A DNA stretch of 64,000 nt from Candidatus Magasanikiibacteriota bacterium (GTDB taxonomy: Bacteria > Patescibacteriota > Patescibacteriia > Magasanikbacterales > UBA922): assembly GCA_903837125.1 (NCBI GenBank), contig CAILTG010000025.1, positions 1,340 to 65,339 of the forward strand, given 5' to 3'. A program made the translations under genes and the position numbers. This document shows, piece after piece, positions 52,816 to 62,654 of this stretch (position 1 is the first letter of the stretch; each line of letters starts with the position of its first letter). The notes below the pieces were generated by a model. The model did no database searches. It saw nothing but the letters and a program-made list of their open reading frames with translations, and had not been told where the DNA came from.

Positions 52816-53990
52816 ATAAGAAATTAATTTTAAAACCAGGCCGGGATAAAGCGATCAGGAATTTTCACCATTGGATTTTTTCTGGGGCGATAAATAATAT
52901 AGGTAATTATGAAGATGGCGAGGTTTTGTCAGTTTATAGTTCAAATAATGAACTTTTAGGTAGTGCTTATGCCAACCATCAAACTTCAATTACCGCGCGC
53001 ATGTTAAGTTTTGGTAAAGTTGAGCCACTAGAGGCAGTAAAGAAAAATATTGATAGTGCGATTGAGATGAGGAAAAAGTTTTTTGATTGGAATAAAACTA
53101 ATTGTTACCGTTTGATTAATTCCGAGGGCGATAACATCCCCGGTTTAATTGTTGATCATTATAATGAAGTTTTGGTGATGCAAATTGCCACGGCTGGTAT
53201 TGATAAATTAAAACAGTTTATTGTTGATTATCTGGTAGAGAAATTACACCCAAAAGCGATTTATGAAAAATCAGATTTACCTTCGCGCCGGGAAGAAGGC
53301 TTGCAGATGACAGAGGGTTTTTTGTATGGTGAAGATGTTCCTAATGTTCTAAACGTTCAAATTGTTGAAAACGAAATAAAGTTTCAAGTAGATTTAAAGA
53401 ATAGTCAAAAGACTGGTTTCTTTTTGGATCAACGAGAAATGCGAGTTTTAGTTGGTCAAATGGCTAAGAATAAAAAAGTTTTAAATTGTTTTTCTTATAC
53501 TGGCGGTTTTTCTCTTTATGCTGCCCATGGTGGTGCGAACCAAGTGGATTCAGTAGATATTTCGGCTGAGGCGATAGAGCAGGCTAAAATAAATTTTAAG
53601 TTGAATAATTTTGACATTAAAAAAAATAATTTTTATGCTGAAGATGTTTTTCAATTTTTGCGTGGAAAAGAATTAAATTACGATTTGATAATTCTTGACC
53701 CGCCGGCTTTTGCTAAAAAGAAATCAGACATAATTCAGGCTTGCCGTGGTTACAAAGATATTAATCGTTTGGCTTTCATGAAAATGCCAAGTGGTTCAAT
53801 TTTAGTTACTTCTTCTTGTTCCTATCATGTAGACGAGAAATTATTCCAGACTGTAGTTTTTCAGGCAGCAGTAGAAGCCAAAAGAAAAGTAAGAATAATT
53901 CAACGCCATCATTTGGCCCCAGACCACCCCATAAATATCTTCCATCCAGAAGGTGAATACTTAAAGAGTTTGGTGTTGTGGGTGGAGTAG
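52812..53990 (+). CDS. RlmI-like SAM-dependent rRNA methyltransferase (PUA-like N-domain plus MTase)
   Basis: LNCFSYTGGFSLYAAHGGA (motif I), LIILDPPAFAKKK (motif IV); 4-nt overlap with upstream gene. Confidence 0.75.
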   Translation: MNKKLILKPGRDKAIRNFHHWIFSGAINNIGNYEDGEVLSVYSSNNELLGSAYANHQTSITARMLSFGKVEPLEAVKKNIDSAIEMRKKFFDWNKTNCYRLINSEGDNIPGLIVDHYNEVLVMQIATAGIDKLKQFIVDYLVEKLHPKAIYEKSDLPSRREEGLQMTEGFLYGEDVPNVLNVQIVENEIKFQVDLKNSQKTGFFLDQREMRVLVGQMAKNKKVLNCFSYTGGFSLYAAHGGANQVDSVDISAEAIEQAKINFKLNNFDIKKNNFYAEDVFQFLRGKELNYDLIILDPPAFAKKKSDIIQACRGYKDINRLAFMKMPSGSILVTSSCSYHVDEKLFQTVVFQAAVEAKRKVRIIQRHHLAPDHPINIFHPEGEYLKSLVLWVE

Positions 53991-54029
53991 CTTTTGTGCT
54001 ATTATATAAATGCTTAATTAGTATATTTT

Positions 54030-54971
54030 ATGTCTATTCTAATCTCAGGTTCATTGGCCTACGACTATATCATGGATTTTCCAGATAGTTTTAAAAATCA
54101 TATTTTGCCAGATCAAATCCATATTTTGAATGTTTGTTTTGTGGTGGATGAACTCCGGAAAAATTTTGGCGGCTGTGCTGGTAATATTGCTTATACTGTT
54201 AAATTGTTGGGCGGAGATCCTATTATTTTGGCTGCCTTGGGTATGGACGCAATAGATTATTTAGAACATTTTAAAAAGAATCATATAAATATTAGCTACA
54301 TGCCGGTTTCTAAAAATAAAATGACTTCTTCAGCGCATATAACCACAGACAGAGATGATAACCAGATTGTGGCTTATTATGGAGGCGCAGGAGATGAGTC
54401 AATAAATTTGGATATTAGTGAGGTAAAAGAAAAAATTGATTTGGTAATTATTGCTCCCACCAAAAAAGAAGTTATGATTAAGCATGCCAAGGAGTGTTAT
54501 GATAAAAAAATTCCATTTGTATTTGATCCTTCGCATCAATTAACGGCCTTTACACCCCAAGAATTAATGATGGTAATTGGCCAAGCTAAATTTTATATTG
54601 CCAATGATTATGAAATGAAATTAACTGAAGAAAAAACTGGTATGACAGCTAAAGATATGTTGGATCATCTGGAGGCGGTTATTGTTACTTTAGGTGATCA
54701 TGGTTCTAAGGTTATTACTAAAAATAAGGTGATTGAAGTAGGAACTTGTCCGGCTCAATCGGTTGACGACCCTACGGGGGCGGGTGATGCTTACCGCGCT
54801 GGATTTTTCTCGGCTTATATAAAAGGATTAGATTTGAAAACTTGTGCTGAAGTTGGAGCAGTGGCGGCTACTTATACTGTAGAGAAATACGGAACCCAAA
54901 CGCATGAATTTACGGTTCCAGAATTTAAAATTAAATTTGAAAAGGCTTTTGGAAGTGAGTTGAAGTGGTGA
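54030..54971 (+). CDS. PfkB-family carbohydrate/nucleoside kinase (ribokinase/adenosine-kinase-like)
   Basis: GGCAGN near N-terminus and DPTGAGDAYRAGF C-terminal ATP-binding signature. Confidence 0.75.
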   Translation: MSILISGSLAYDYIMDFPDSFKNHILPDQIHILNVCFVVDELRKNFGGCAGNIAYTVKLLGGDPIILAALGMDAIDYLEHFKKNHINISYMPVSKNKMTSSAHITTDRDDNQIVAYYGGAGDESINLDISEVKEKIDLVIIAPTKKEVMIKHAKECYDKKIPFVFDPSHQLTAFTPQELMMVIGQAKFYIANDYEMKLTEEKTGMTAKDMLDHLEAVIVTLGDHGSKVITKNKVIEVGTCPAQSVDDPTGAGDAYRAGFFSAYIKGLDLKTCAEVGAVAATYTVEKYGTQTHEFTVPEFKIKFEKAFGSELKW

Positions 54972-55069
54972 TTTGATTAATTGATTGAAAGATTATAAGA
55001 TTAAAAGATTGCAAGATTATAATAATCTTTTAGTCTTTTAATCTTTAGTTATATTTTGAAAATAAAAAT

Positions 55070-56377
55070 ATGCTTAATAAAAATGACTACAAGGTGGCTG
55101 ATTTGTCTCTTGCTGAAGCTGGCAGAAAGCAAATTATTTTGGCAGAAAAAGAAATGCCAGGATTAATGTCTTTGTGTAAAAAATATCAGGGTAAAAAACC
55201 GCTTAAAGGTGCGCGAATTGCTGGTTGTCTGCACATGACCACCCAGACTGCGGTGTTAATTGAAACTTTGGTTAAATTAGGAGCAGAGGTGCGCTGGTCA
55301 AGTTGTAATATTTTTTCTACTCAAGATGAAGCTGCAGCTGCTGTGGCTAAAGTTGGTGTGCCAGTGTTTGCTTGGAAAGGTGAAACCGAAGATGAATATT
55401 GGTGGTGTGTGGAACAATCTTTAAAATTTACTAGTGGTCAAGGACCAAATTTATTATTGGATGATGGTGGAGATTTAACTTTACTCATTCATGAAAAACA
55501 TCCAGAAATGTTAAAAGAAATTAAGGGTGTGTCTGAAGAAACTACTACTGGCGTGCACCGTCTTTATCAAATGATGGAAAATAAAACTTTGGCTACGGTA
55601 GCGATTAATGTAAATGATTCGGTTACCAAATCTAAATTTGATAATAAATACGGCTGTCGTGAATCTTTGGCTGATGGTATTAAACGGGCTACTGATATTA
55701 TGATTGCTGGGAAAGTAGTGGTGATTGCTGGCTATGGTGATGTGGGTAAGGGTTGTACCCAATCAATGCGTGGGTTTGGCGCCAGGGTTTTGGTTACCGA
55801 AATTGATCCAATTAATGCCTTGCAAGCCGCTATGGAAGGTTACGAAGTTGTTACCATGGAAGAAGCAGTGAAAATTGGTGATATTTTTGTTACCACTACT
55901 GGTTGTTGTGATGTGATTACTGGCGCGCATCTAGATAAAATGAAAGATGCTGCTATAGTATGTAATATTGGACATTTTGATAGTGAAATTGATGTTGCCT
56001 GGCTTACTTCACAGAAAAATATTAAAGAAGAAAATATTAAACCACAAGTAGATAAATTTATTTGGTCCAGTGGCAAGTGTTTAATATTATTATCACGCGG
56101 ACGTTTGGTAAATTTGGGCAATGCCCATGGCCATCCTAGTTTTGTGATGAGTGCTAGTTTTACCAATCAAGTATTAGCACAACTATCGCTTTGGACTGAA
56201 TCTGATAAATATGAAAGTGGTAAGGTTTACACTTTGTCTAAGGCCTTGGATGAAGAGGTAGCCCGTTTACATTTAACTAAGTTAGGGGCCAAACTCACTA
56301 AGCTTACTTCTAAACAGGCAAAATATCTTGGTTTGCCAATTAATGGACCTTATAAGAGTGAGTGGTACCGGTATTAG
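55070..56377 (+). CDS. ahcY: Adenosylhomocysteinase
   Basis: Full-length match to SAHH family (…[22 protein letters not shown]…GYGDVGKGC…); 435 aa. Confidence 0.9.
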   Translation: MLNKNDYKVADLSLAEAGRKQIILAEKEMPGLMSLCKKYQGKKPLKGARIAGCLHMTTQTAVLIETLVKLGAEVRWSSCNIFSTQDEAAAAVAKVGVPVFAWKGETEDEYWWCVEQSLKFTSGQGPNLLLDDGGDLTLLIHEKHPEMLKEIKGVSEETTTGVHRLYQMMENKTLATVAINVNDSVTKSKFDNKYGCRESLADGIKRATDIMIAGKVVVIAGYGDVGKGCTQSMRGFGARVLVTEIDPINALQAAMEGYEVVTMEEAVKIGDIFVTTTGCCDVITGAHLDKMKDAAIVCNIGHFDSEIDVAWLTSQKNIKEENIKPQVDKFIWSSGKCLILLSRGRLVNLGNAHGHPSFVMSASFTNQVLAQLSLWTESDKYESGKVYTLSKALDEEVARLHLTKLGAKLTKLTSKQAKYLGLPINGPYKSEWYRY

Positions 56378-56387
56378 TTTGTAAAAT

Positions 56388-56414
56388 TATAAAGTAGGGA
56401 CGCGCCATGGTGCG
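56388..56414 (+). terminator. Hairpin GGACGC-GCCATGGT-GCGTCC plus T-rich tract after ahcY
   Basis: 6-bp GC stem followed by TTTGTATT. Confidence 0.45.
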
Positions 56415-56462
56415 TCCTTTGTATTAGTGTGGATTAGTGCGTTTAGATTAGCGGGCTACTGT

Positions 56463-56490
56463 TGACTTTTTCTCGGATATGTTATAATAT
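56463..56490 (+). promoter_or_regulatory. Putative promoter (TTGACT...TATAAT) upstream of the DsbA-like gene
   Basis: TTGACT at 56464-56469, TATAAT at 56485-56490 (15-16-nt spacer). Confidence 0.4.
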
Positions 56491-56512
56491 GGCCATCTCT
56501 TAAATTAACGTT

Positions 56513-57289
56513 ATGGATGGTTTTTTACCTCAAAATCAGTCAGTAGAAACTATTAGAAAATGGTATAAAACTCCGGGTGGAATAGTTTTCTTGTCAATCA
56601 TCGGAATAATTTTAGCCGGTGTTTTGTTTTTTATGGGCACTTTTACCTATTATTTGTGGCAAATAAAATATGGTAATGCTGCTGATCAGTTGGCCAATAA
56701 TCTAAAAAAACAAAATAATGAAATCTTTGGCAATAAAACCACCAGCACTACTGCGGAGAATGTTTTAATAAAAGATTATTCTAAATATATTAGGAATTAT
56801 AATCCTATTAAAGGCAAAGTGGGGGCGTCGGTAACTGTTTTAATGTTTGTGGATTTTGAGTGTCCTTATTGTCGCCAAGCTTATGCGGATTTTAATATAA
56901 TAATGAAACGTTATAGCCCAGTGGCTAGATTTGTTTTTAAAAATATTACCGGTCAAACTCATCTTAATGCTCTGCGAGCTGCCATTGCTGCTACTTGTGC
57001 AGAAGAGCAAAATAAATTTTGGGAATATTATGATTTATTGTTTCAAAAACAGCAGTTAGATGATAATTCTTTGTTAAAAGACGCCGAAGATTTGAATTTA
57101 GACACTACTGCTTTTGCCAATTGTACCAGCACTGAAAAATATCAAGACAATATTAATCAAGATATAATGGACGCAGCGGATTTAGATATTTTAGGTACTC
57201 CTACTTATTTTGTGAATGGAGTGAAATATTCCGGGGTAATGAGTTTAGCTGATTGGGATAAAATTATTTTAAATTCTTTAAAAAAATAA
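56513..57289 (+). CDS. Membrane-anchored DsbA-like thiol:disulfide oxidoreductase
   Basis: N-terminal TM helix; thioredoxin-fold active site CPYC (VDFECPYCRQ). Confidence 0.7.
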   Translation: MDGFLPQNQSVETIRKWYKTPGGIVFLSIIGIILAGVLFFMGTFTYYLWQIKYGNAADQLANNLKKQNNEIFGNKTTSTTAENVLIKDYSKYIRNYNPIKGKVGASVTVLMFVDFECPYCRQAYADFNIIMKRYSPVARFVFKNITGQTHLNALRAAIAATCAEEQNKFWEYYDLLFQKQQLDDNSLLKDAEDLNLDTTAFANCTSTEKYQDNINQDIMDAADLDILGTPTYFVNGVKYSGVMSLADWDKIILNSLKK

Positions 57290-57290
57290 T

Positions 57291-59132
57291 ATGCGTAAGC
57301 AGTTTTTTATTTTTTTGTTGATCATGGTTCTAGGTCTAATTTTTTCTTGTTCTGGAGCAGCTAGAGTTGATGCCCTGGGAAAGGAAGGGTGCTATTGTAA
57401 ACTAGATACAAACAAACCTTCTACTTGGTTTGAATTAAATGAAACAGACTGTGCAAATACTACGGGTTGCACCTGGCAAGGTCCCAAAAGCAAACCATGT
57501 ACTCCTGTTGACGGTATTGAAGGTCAAGCAAGTTTAGATTGTTTAACAGGTCAAGTTTGTTTAAAAAATATTTGTGTCAATAAATCAAGTCCTCAAGCAA
57601 CTGCAGCTGCTTCAGCTGCCAATCCAGCTACTGCTTCTGGTGCTAGTTCTGCTGCCAGTTCTGCTGGTGGTCTCCAGAGACTTAATGTTAGCGGAGTGGA
57701 TGAGCGGTGTTGGACATTAGATGATTGTCAAAAAGAGAGAACGAGAATTGGAATTACAGTTGCTGATAATACTAATGAAAAGGCTTTGTATCAGGGTACA
57801 GACGCAGTGGCTGCTTGTGGCGGAACAGAAAATAAAGATATTCCTCCACAAAAAGTAGGTTTTTGTAGCCCAATTAGTCAGGCGACTACTGAAGTTAATT
57901 TTTATGGTAAAACTTCCTTCAACGGTATTGGTGATTTTTTACAATATACTTATAAATTAGTAATTATTTTGGCTGGGGTCTTGGCCGTGATTATGATTAT
58001 TATTGGCGGCATAGAGTGGATGACCTCTGGCGGCAGTCCAGACCGCATTACTCAGGGTAGAAAAAGAATTGGCGGAGCGATTGTTGGTTTGATTTTGGCT
58101 GTTACTTCTTATATGATTTTGTACCAGATTAATCCCTATATGGTTAATTTGCGTCCACCCCAAGCCTGGCTCATAAATCCACAAGCTTTTGTGCCAGCTG
58201 TTTGTGATGATATAGATACTAATTTAGCTTTTGCCTATAAAGGAGATGAACAGCCTAAACAAGATGCTTTGACACAACTTTACGGAAAAGTTGGTAAAGA
58301 TGATTATAAAGTAAAAAGTAAAACGGGTGCTTGCGGTAATTATTATTTCCCTCAAGGTGCCAATGCGCCGCGTGTTTGTGCAGGTACAGATTGTACTTGG
58401 AATGGAGAAGCAAACGTTTGTGCTCCAGGTGTTGCGTTTGATAGTAAGAATGACGGTTGTAAAGATAACACTAATTTATTATTAAAGCTTCATGTGGTTT
58501 CTTTTGAACAGCAGTTAGCTGGTGGAAGGACTTTTCTTGGTTGCTTTGCGAATGTAATAAAAGCCAAAGATGGTGCTTGGTTGCTTCCTCTTCCGGGACC
58601 TGATAATGCTTCATTATTAGCAGTATGTCGTCAAGGTGATGCTTGGAATATTGAAGGTGAGTGGGAACATTGGAGTTTTGTGAATGATATAGGAAAAGGA
58701 AAAGAACACGGTTTTTGGCATCCAAAAAAAGAACCAAATGCAACATTTTATAATTATTTTATAGGTTTTGGAGGATTAGCCAGTGTTAATAGTGAAAATC
58801 TTGCTTATACAGAAAGTAAATGGTGTGGTGATAATAAATTAATTGGTTTTTTTGTTTATTTTAAATTGAATATTGCCTGTGAAGTAGGTGGTGACAGATT
58901 TTGGGTTGGTTGTTCTACACCTGAATGTAAAACAGCGGTAGTTGGAAGTTTTTGCGATCAGGTGAATTGGCAAAATTATATTCCTTTGGCTAAGTTACAA
59001 AAAGGTCTGGTTTTGGATGTGCCCGTTGGTGAGGCAGCCATAAATTCAATTATAAAAAATGGTTCAACTTGGCTACAGAACACTTCTGTAAATGGTAAAT
59101 GTATTACAAAGGAAAATGAACCAAAAACATAA
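57291..59132 (+). CDS. Cysteine-rich (about 35 Cys) membrane protein: signal peptide, two extracytoplasmic Cys-rich domains separated by a central two-helix hairpin with a basic loop
   Basis: [22 protein letters not shown] signal; central [55 protein letters not shown] (two TMs, positive-inside loop); start 2 nt after the DsbA-like stop. Confidence 0.55.
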   Translation: MRKQFFIFLLIMVLGLIFSCSGAARVDALGKEGCYCKLDTNKPSTWFELNETDCANTTGCTWQGPKSKPCTPVDGIEGQASLDCLTGQVCLKNICVNKSSPQATAAASAANPATASGASSAASSAGGLQRLNVSGVDERCWTLDDCQKERTRIGITVADNTNEKALYQGTDAVAACGGTENKDIPPQKVGFCSPISQATTEVNFYGKTSFNGIGDFLQYTYKLVIILAGVLAVIMIIIGGIEWMTSGGSPDRITQGRKRIGGAIVGLILAVTSYMILYQINPYMVNLRPPQAWLINPQAFVPAVCDDIDTNLAFAYKGDEQPKQDALTQLYGKVGKDDYKVKSKTGACGNYYFPQGANAPRVCAGTDCTWNGEANVCAPGVAFDSKNDGCKDNTNLLLKLHVVSFEQQLAGGRTFLGCFANVIKAKDGAWLLPLPGPDNASLLAVCRQGDAWNIEGEWEHWSFVNDIGKGKEHGFWHPKKEPNATFYNYFIGFGGLASVNSENLAYTESKWCGDNKLIGFFVYFKLNIACEVGGDRFWVGCSTPECKTAVVGSFCDQVNWQNYIPLAKLQKGLVLDVPVGEAAINSIIKNGSTWLQNTSVNGKCITKENEPKT

Positions 59133-59135
59133 ATT

Positions 59136-62000
59136 ATGACCGAACAAAACAAAATAATTATCAGAAATGCCCGAGTGCATAATTTAAAAAATGTTAGCTT
59201 GGACATTCCTAAAAACAAATTAGTAGTAATCACAGGGCTTTCCGGATCCGGAAAGTCCTCTTTAGCTTTTGATACTATTTATGCCGAAGGTCAACGTCGT
59301 TATGCGGAAAGTTTAAATGCTTATGCCCGGCAATTTATGGAAGTGCAAGATAAGCCGGATGTAGATGAAATTAAAGGCTTGTCACCGACTATTGCCATTG
59401 ATCAAAAAAGCACTTCACAAAATCCGCGTTCTACAGTGGGTACAGTTACTGAAGTGTATGATCATTTGCGCTTATTATTTTCTAGAGTTGGGGTGCAATA
59501 TTGTCCAGAGGATAGAATTCCGGTAAAAGGTTACACAGTTGGCGAAATTTCGGAAATACTCCGAAAAAAAGCCAGAGCCAGTAAAAGTGTGATAATTTTA
59601 TCACCAATATTTTCTGCTAGTGATCTTAAACCTAAAGAATTGTTAGCTCGTTTGGAACAAACCGGTTATGAAATAGTGCGTTTAAATGGCGTGTTAATGA
59701 AATTACCTGAGCTTTCCAAATATAAATTTAATGCCGGACATCATTATGAAGTAGAATTATTAATTGGTCGGATTATTGATATTAAAAAACAAGACCCTAC
59801 TTCTTTGGTTGATAAAACGGTTGATTTATCAAATGGGTCGGTGATAATTGTGGATGAAGAAACCGGTGAAGAAGAAACTTATTGTTTGCAAGCAGTTTGT
59901 AGCAAATGCAATCGGCATTTTGAGGCCATTGAACCGCGTACTTTTAGTTTCAATAGTCCTTATGGAGCTTGTCCGCGCTGTACTGGGTTGGGTCGAACAT
60001 TAGAAGTTGATCCAGAATTAGTGATTCCTAATAATCGTTTAACTTTGGCCGAAGGGGCAATTCAGCCTTGGACTAGAATTGTTGGTAATCAAGCTTATTA
60101 TCAAAAATTATTGGAAGTAGTAGCCGAAGCCCATGGTTTTTCAGTGCATACTTCGGTAAAGGATTTGGGTAATTCCGTAATGGATATTTTGTTGTATGGC
60201 ACTGACGGTCAAATTTATGAGGTGTCAGACTTCGCAGTTACGTCCGGCGGGGCAGGTAAAAAAGTGCAGTTTGAAGGGGTAATTCCCAATTTAACCCAGC
60301 GTCATGCGGAAACTGATTCTGATTATATTCGTAAAGAAATTGAACAGTACATGCGAGAAAAAATTTGTCCGGTTTGTAAAGGGCGAAGATTAAAAGCGGA
60401 GTCTTTAAATGTAAAAATTGCTGATTATTCTATTGCTGATATCGTGGAAATGAGTGTGGAAGAGGCTGATGTTTTTTTTAAGAATTTACAAAATAGCAAA
60501 TCCAAATTACAAGAAAAATTTAGCAAGCAACAAATGATGGTTTCACAGCCCATTGCTAAAGAGGTTTCAAAACGGATTGAGGATTTAATGAAAGTGGGTT
60601 TGTATTATTTAAGTTTGGATCGTTCTATTACTACCCTGGCTGGAGGTGAAGCCCAGCGGGTACGTTTGTCTACCCAACTTTCTACTGGACTGACTGGTGT
60701 GATTTATATTTTAGATGAGCCTTCAATTGGTCTGCATTCGCGTGATAATGATAAATTAATTACCACTTTAAAAGATTTGCGCGATAATGGTAATTCGGTG
60801 ATTGTGGTTGAACATGATCGAGCGATGATTGAAGCAGCTGATTATGTAATTGATGTCGGTCCGGGGGCTGGTGAGTATGGTGGAGAAATTTTGGCCGAAG
60901 GTAATTCGGTCCAAATTAGAAAAAACAGCAAGTCAATTACGGGAAGATATTTAAGTGGCAAAGATGAAATTCCACTTCCTAAAAAATTACATAAAGGTAA
61001 TAATCAAAAATTGGAAATTATTGGTGCCAAGGCTTTTAACTTAAAAAATATTGATGTGGAAATTCCTTTGGGTCGCTTGGTGTGTGTTACCGGTGTATCT
61101 GGTTCAGGTAAATCCACTTTAATTTCTGAAATTTTAGGCAAGGCTTTAAACAAACATTTTTATCGGGCGAAAGCCGAGCCGGCTGAGCATAAAAAAATTA
61201 AAGGTTTGTCCAATTTAGATAAAGTGATTGTGATTGACCAAACGCCGATTGGCCGTACTCCACGTTCCAATCCAGCCACTTACACCAATGTCTTTAGTTT
61301 AATTCGTGATTTGTTTACCGGTGTACCCGAGGCTAGAATGCGTGGTTATGATGCTGGTAAATTTAGTTTTAATGTTAAGGGTGGTGGACGTTGTGAGGCT
61401 TGCGCGGGCGAGGGTTATGTGCGCATTCCCATGCAGTTTTTATCTGATGTGTTTGTGGAGTGTGCTGAATGTTTGGGACAGCGTTATAATAATGAGGCTT
61501 TGGAAATTCATTATCGCGGAAAAAATATTGCTGATGTTTTAAATTTTACAGTAGAAGAAGCTTATAAATTTTTTAGTGATGTGCCAAGTATTGCTGATAA
61601 ATTGCAAATTCTTCGTGAAGTTGGTTTGGGTTATGTGCATTTGGGTCAACCAGCCACCACTCTTTCTGGCGGTGAGGCTCAACGGGTGAAATTAGCCACA
61701 GAATTATCTCGTCGCGCTACTGGTAAGACTTTGTATATATTAGACGAACCAACTACTGGACTTCATTTTGAGGATATCAAACGATTATTGCAAGTTCTTT
61801 ATGCTTTGGTAGACAAAGGCAATAGCATAATAATTATTGAGCACAATCTTGATGTGATTAAATGTGCTGATTGGGTGATTGATTTGGGTCCAGAGGGTGG
61901 AGAAAAAGGTGGTACAGTGGTGGCAGAAGGTATACCAAAAGACATAATGAAAGTTAAAAATAGCTGGACAGGAAAATATTTAAAAGAAGTTATGAAGTAG
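59136..62000 (+). CDS. uvrA: Excinuclease ABC subunit A
   Basis: Two ABC ATPase modules (GLSGSGKSS; GVSGSGKST), zinc fingers ([32 protein letters not shown]; CEACAGEG), signature LSGGEAQRV twice; 954 aa. Confidence 0.95.
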   Translation: MTEQNKIIIRNARVHNLKNVSLDIPKNKLVVITGLSGSGKSSLAFDTIYAEGQRRYAESLNAYARQFMEVQDKPDVDEIKGLSPTIAIDQKSTSQNPRSTVGTVTEVYDHLRLLFSRVGVQYCPEDRIPVKGYTVGEISEILRKKARASKSVIILSPIFSASDLKPKELLARLEQTGYEIVRLNGVLMKLPELSKYKFNAGHHYEVELLIGRIIDIKKQDPTSLVDKTVDLSNGSVIIVDEETGEEETYCLQAVCSKCNRHFEAIEPRTFSFNSPYGACPRCTGLGRTLEVDPELVIPNNRLTLAEGAIQPWTRIVGNQAYYQKLLEVVAEAHGFSVHTSVKDLGNSVMDILLYGTDGQIYEVSDFAVTSGGAGKKVQFEGVIPNLTQRHAETDSDYIRKEIEQYMREKICPVCKGRRLKAESLNVKIADYSIADIVEMSVEEADVFFKNLQNSKSKLQEKFSKQQMMVSQPIAKEVSKRIEDLMKVGLYYLSLDRSITTLAGGEAQRVRLSTQLSTGLTGVIYILDEPSIGLHSRDNDKLITTLKDLRDNGNSVIVVEHDRAMIEAADYVIDVGPGAGEYGGEILAEGNSVQIRKNSKSITGRYLSGKDEIPLPKKLHKGNNQKLEIIGAKAFNLKNIDVEIPLGRLVCVTGVSGSGKSTLISEILGKALNKHFYRAKAEPAEHKKIKGLSNLDKVIVIDQTPIGRTPRSNPATYTNVFSLIRDLFTGVPEARMRGYDAGKFSFNVKGGGRCEACAGEGYVRIPMQFLSDVFVECAECLGQRYNNEALEIHYRGKNIADVLNFTVEEAYKFFSDVPSIADKLQILREVGLGYVHLGQPATTLSGGEAQRVKLATELSRRATGKTLYILDEPTTGLHFEDIKRLLQVLYALVDKGNSIIIIEHNLDVIKCADWVIDLGPEGGEKGGTVVAEGIPKDIMKVKNSWTGKYLKEVMK

Positions 62001-62020
62001 AAGTTTGATAATTAAAAAAT

Positions 62021-62047
62021 AACCGCGTCAAACGCGGTTATTTTTTC
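62021..62047. terminator. Bidirectional intrinsic terminator between convergent uvrA and hisIE (hisIE stop lies inside the stem)
   Basis: AACCGCG-TCAAA-CGCGGTT perfect hairpin with A-run before and TTTTTT after. Confidence 0.7.
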
Positions 62048-62654
62048 TTCTCTTTTTTATTTCTTGGTTTACTTCTTCCAGTTGAATATTTTTTTTGTTT
62101 AATAAAACAAAAAGATGATAAATCAAATCAACCGATTCGGAGATTAATCTTTTTTTGCTTTCTTTAATTGAAGCCTGAATAACTTCAGTGGTTTCTTCCA
62201 TAATTTTACCAATAATTTTGTTCGTACCACCTTGGAAAAGTTTGGCAGTGTAAGAATTTTCAGGTGAGGCCTTTTTACGGTTGGCAATGGTTTGATATAA
62301 TTCTCCCCAATAACCAATATCAGCAGAGGTTGGTTTTATTTTTGTCTGTGGTGCATCAAAACAAGAAACAAGATTAAGGTGACAGGTAGGGCCAGTAGGC
62401 TTGGCTTTAATAAGTATGGTATCGCGGTCGCAGTCAAAATATATTTCTTTAAGAAGTAAATAATTTTTGCTAGTTTCTCCTTTTAGCCATAAACGATTTT
62501 TAGAACGGCTAAAAAACCAGACTTTTTTGCTTTGTAGAGTTTTTTTGAGCGAGGTCTCGTTCATGTAGCCAAGCATAAGGATTCTGTTGGTGCTGGTGTC
62601 CTGGATAATGGCTGGTATTAAATTATTGTTTTTTGACCAATTTATTTTCTTCAT
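62028..62654 (-). CDS. hisIE: Bifunctional phosphoribosyl-AMP cyclohydrolase / phosphoribosyl-ATP pyrophosphatase
   Basis: HisI region (…TGPTCHLNLVSCF…) followed by HisE region (ELYQTIANRKKASPENSYTAKLF…EETTEVIQA…DLIYHLFVLL). Confidence 0.85.
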   Translation of the reverse strand: MKKINWSKNNNLIPAIIQDTSTNRILMLGYMNETSLKKTLQSKKVWFFSRSKNRLWLKGETSKNYLLLKEIYFDCDRDTILIKAKPTGPTCHLNLVSCFDAPQTKIKPTSADIGYWGELYQTIANRKKASPENSYTAKLFQGGTNKIIGKIMEETTEVIQASIKESKKRLISESVDLIYHLFVLLNKKNIQLEEVNQEIKKRRKNNRV

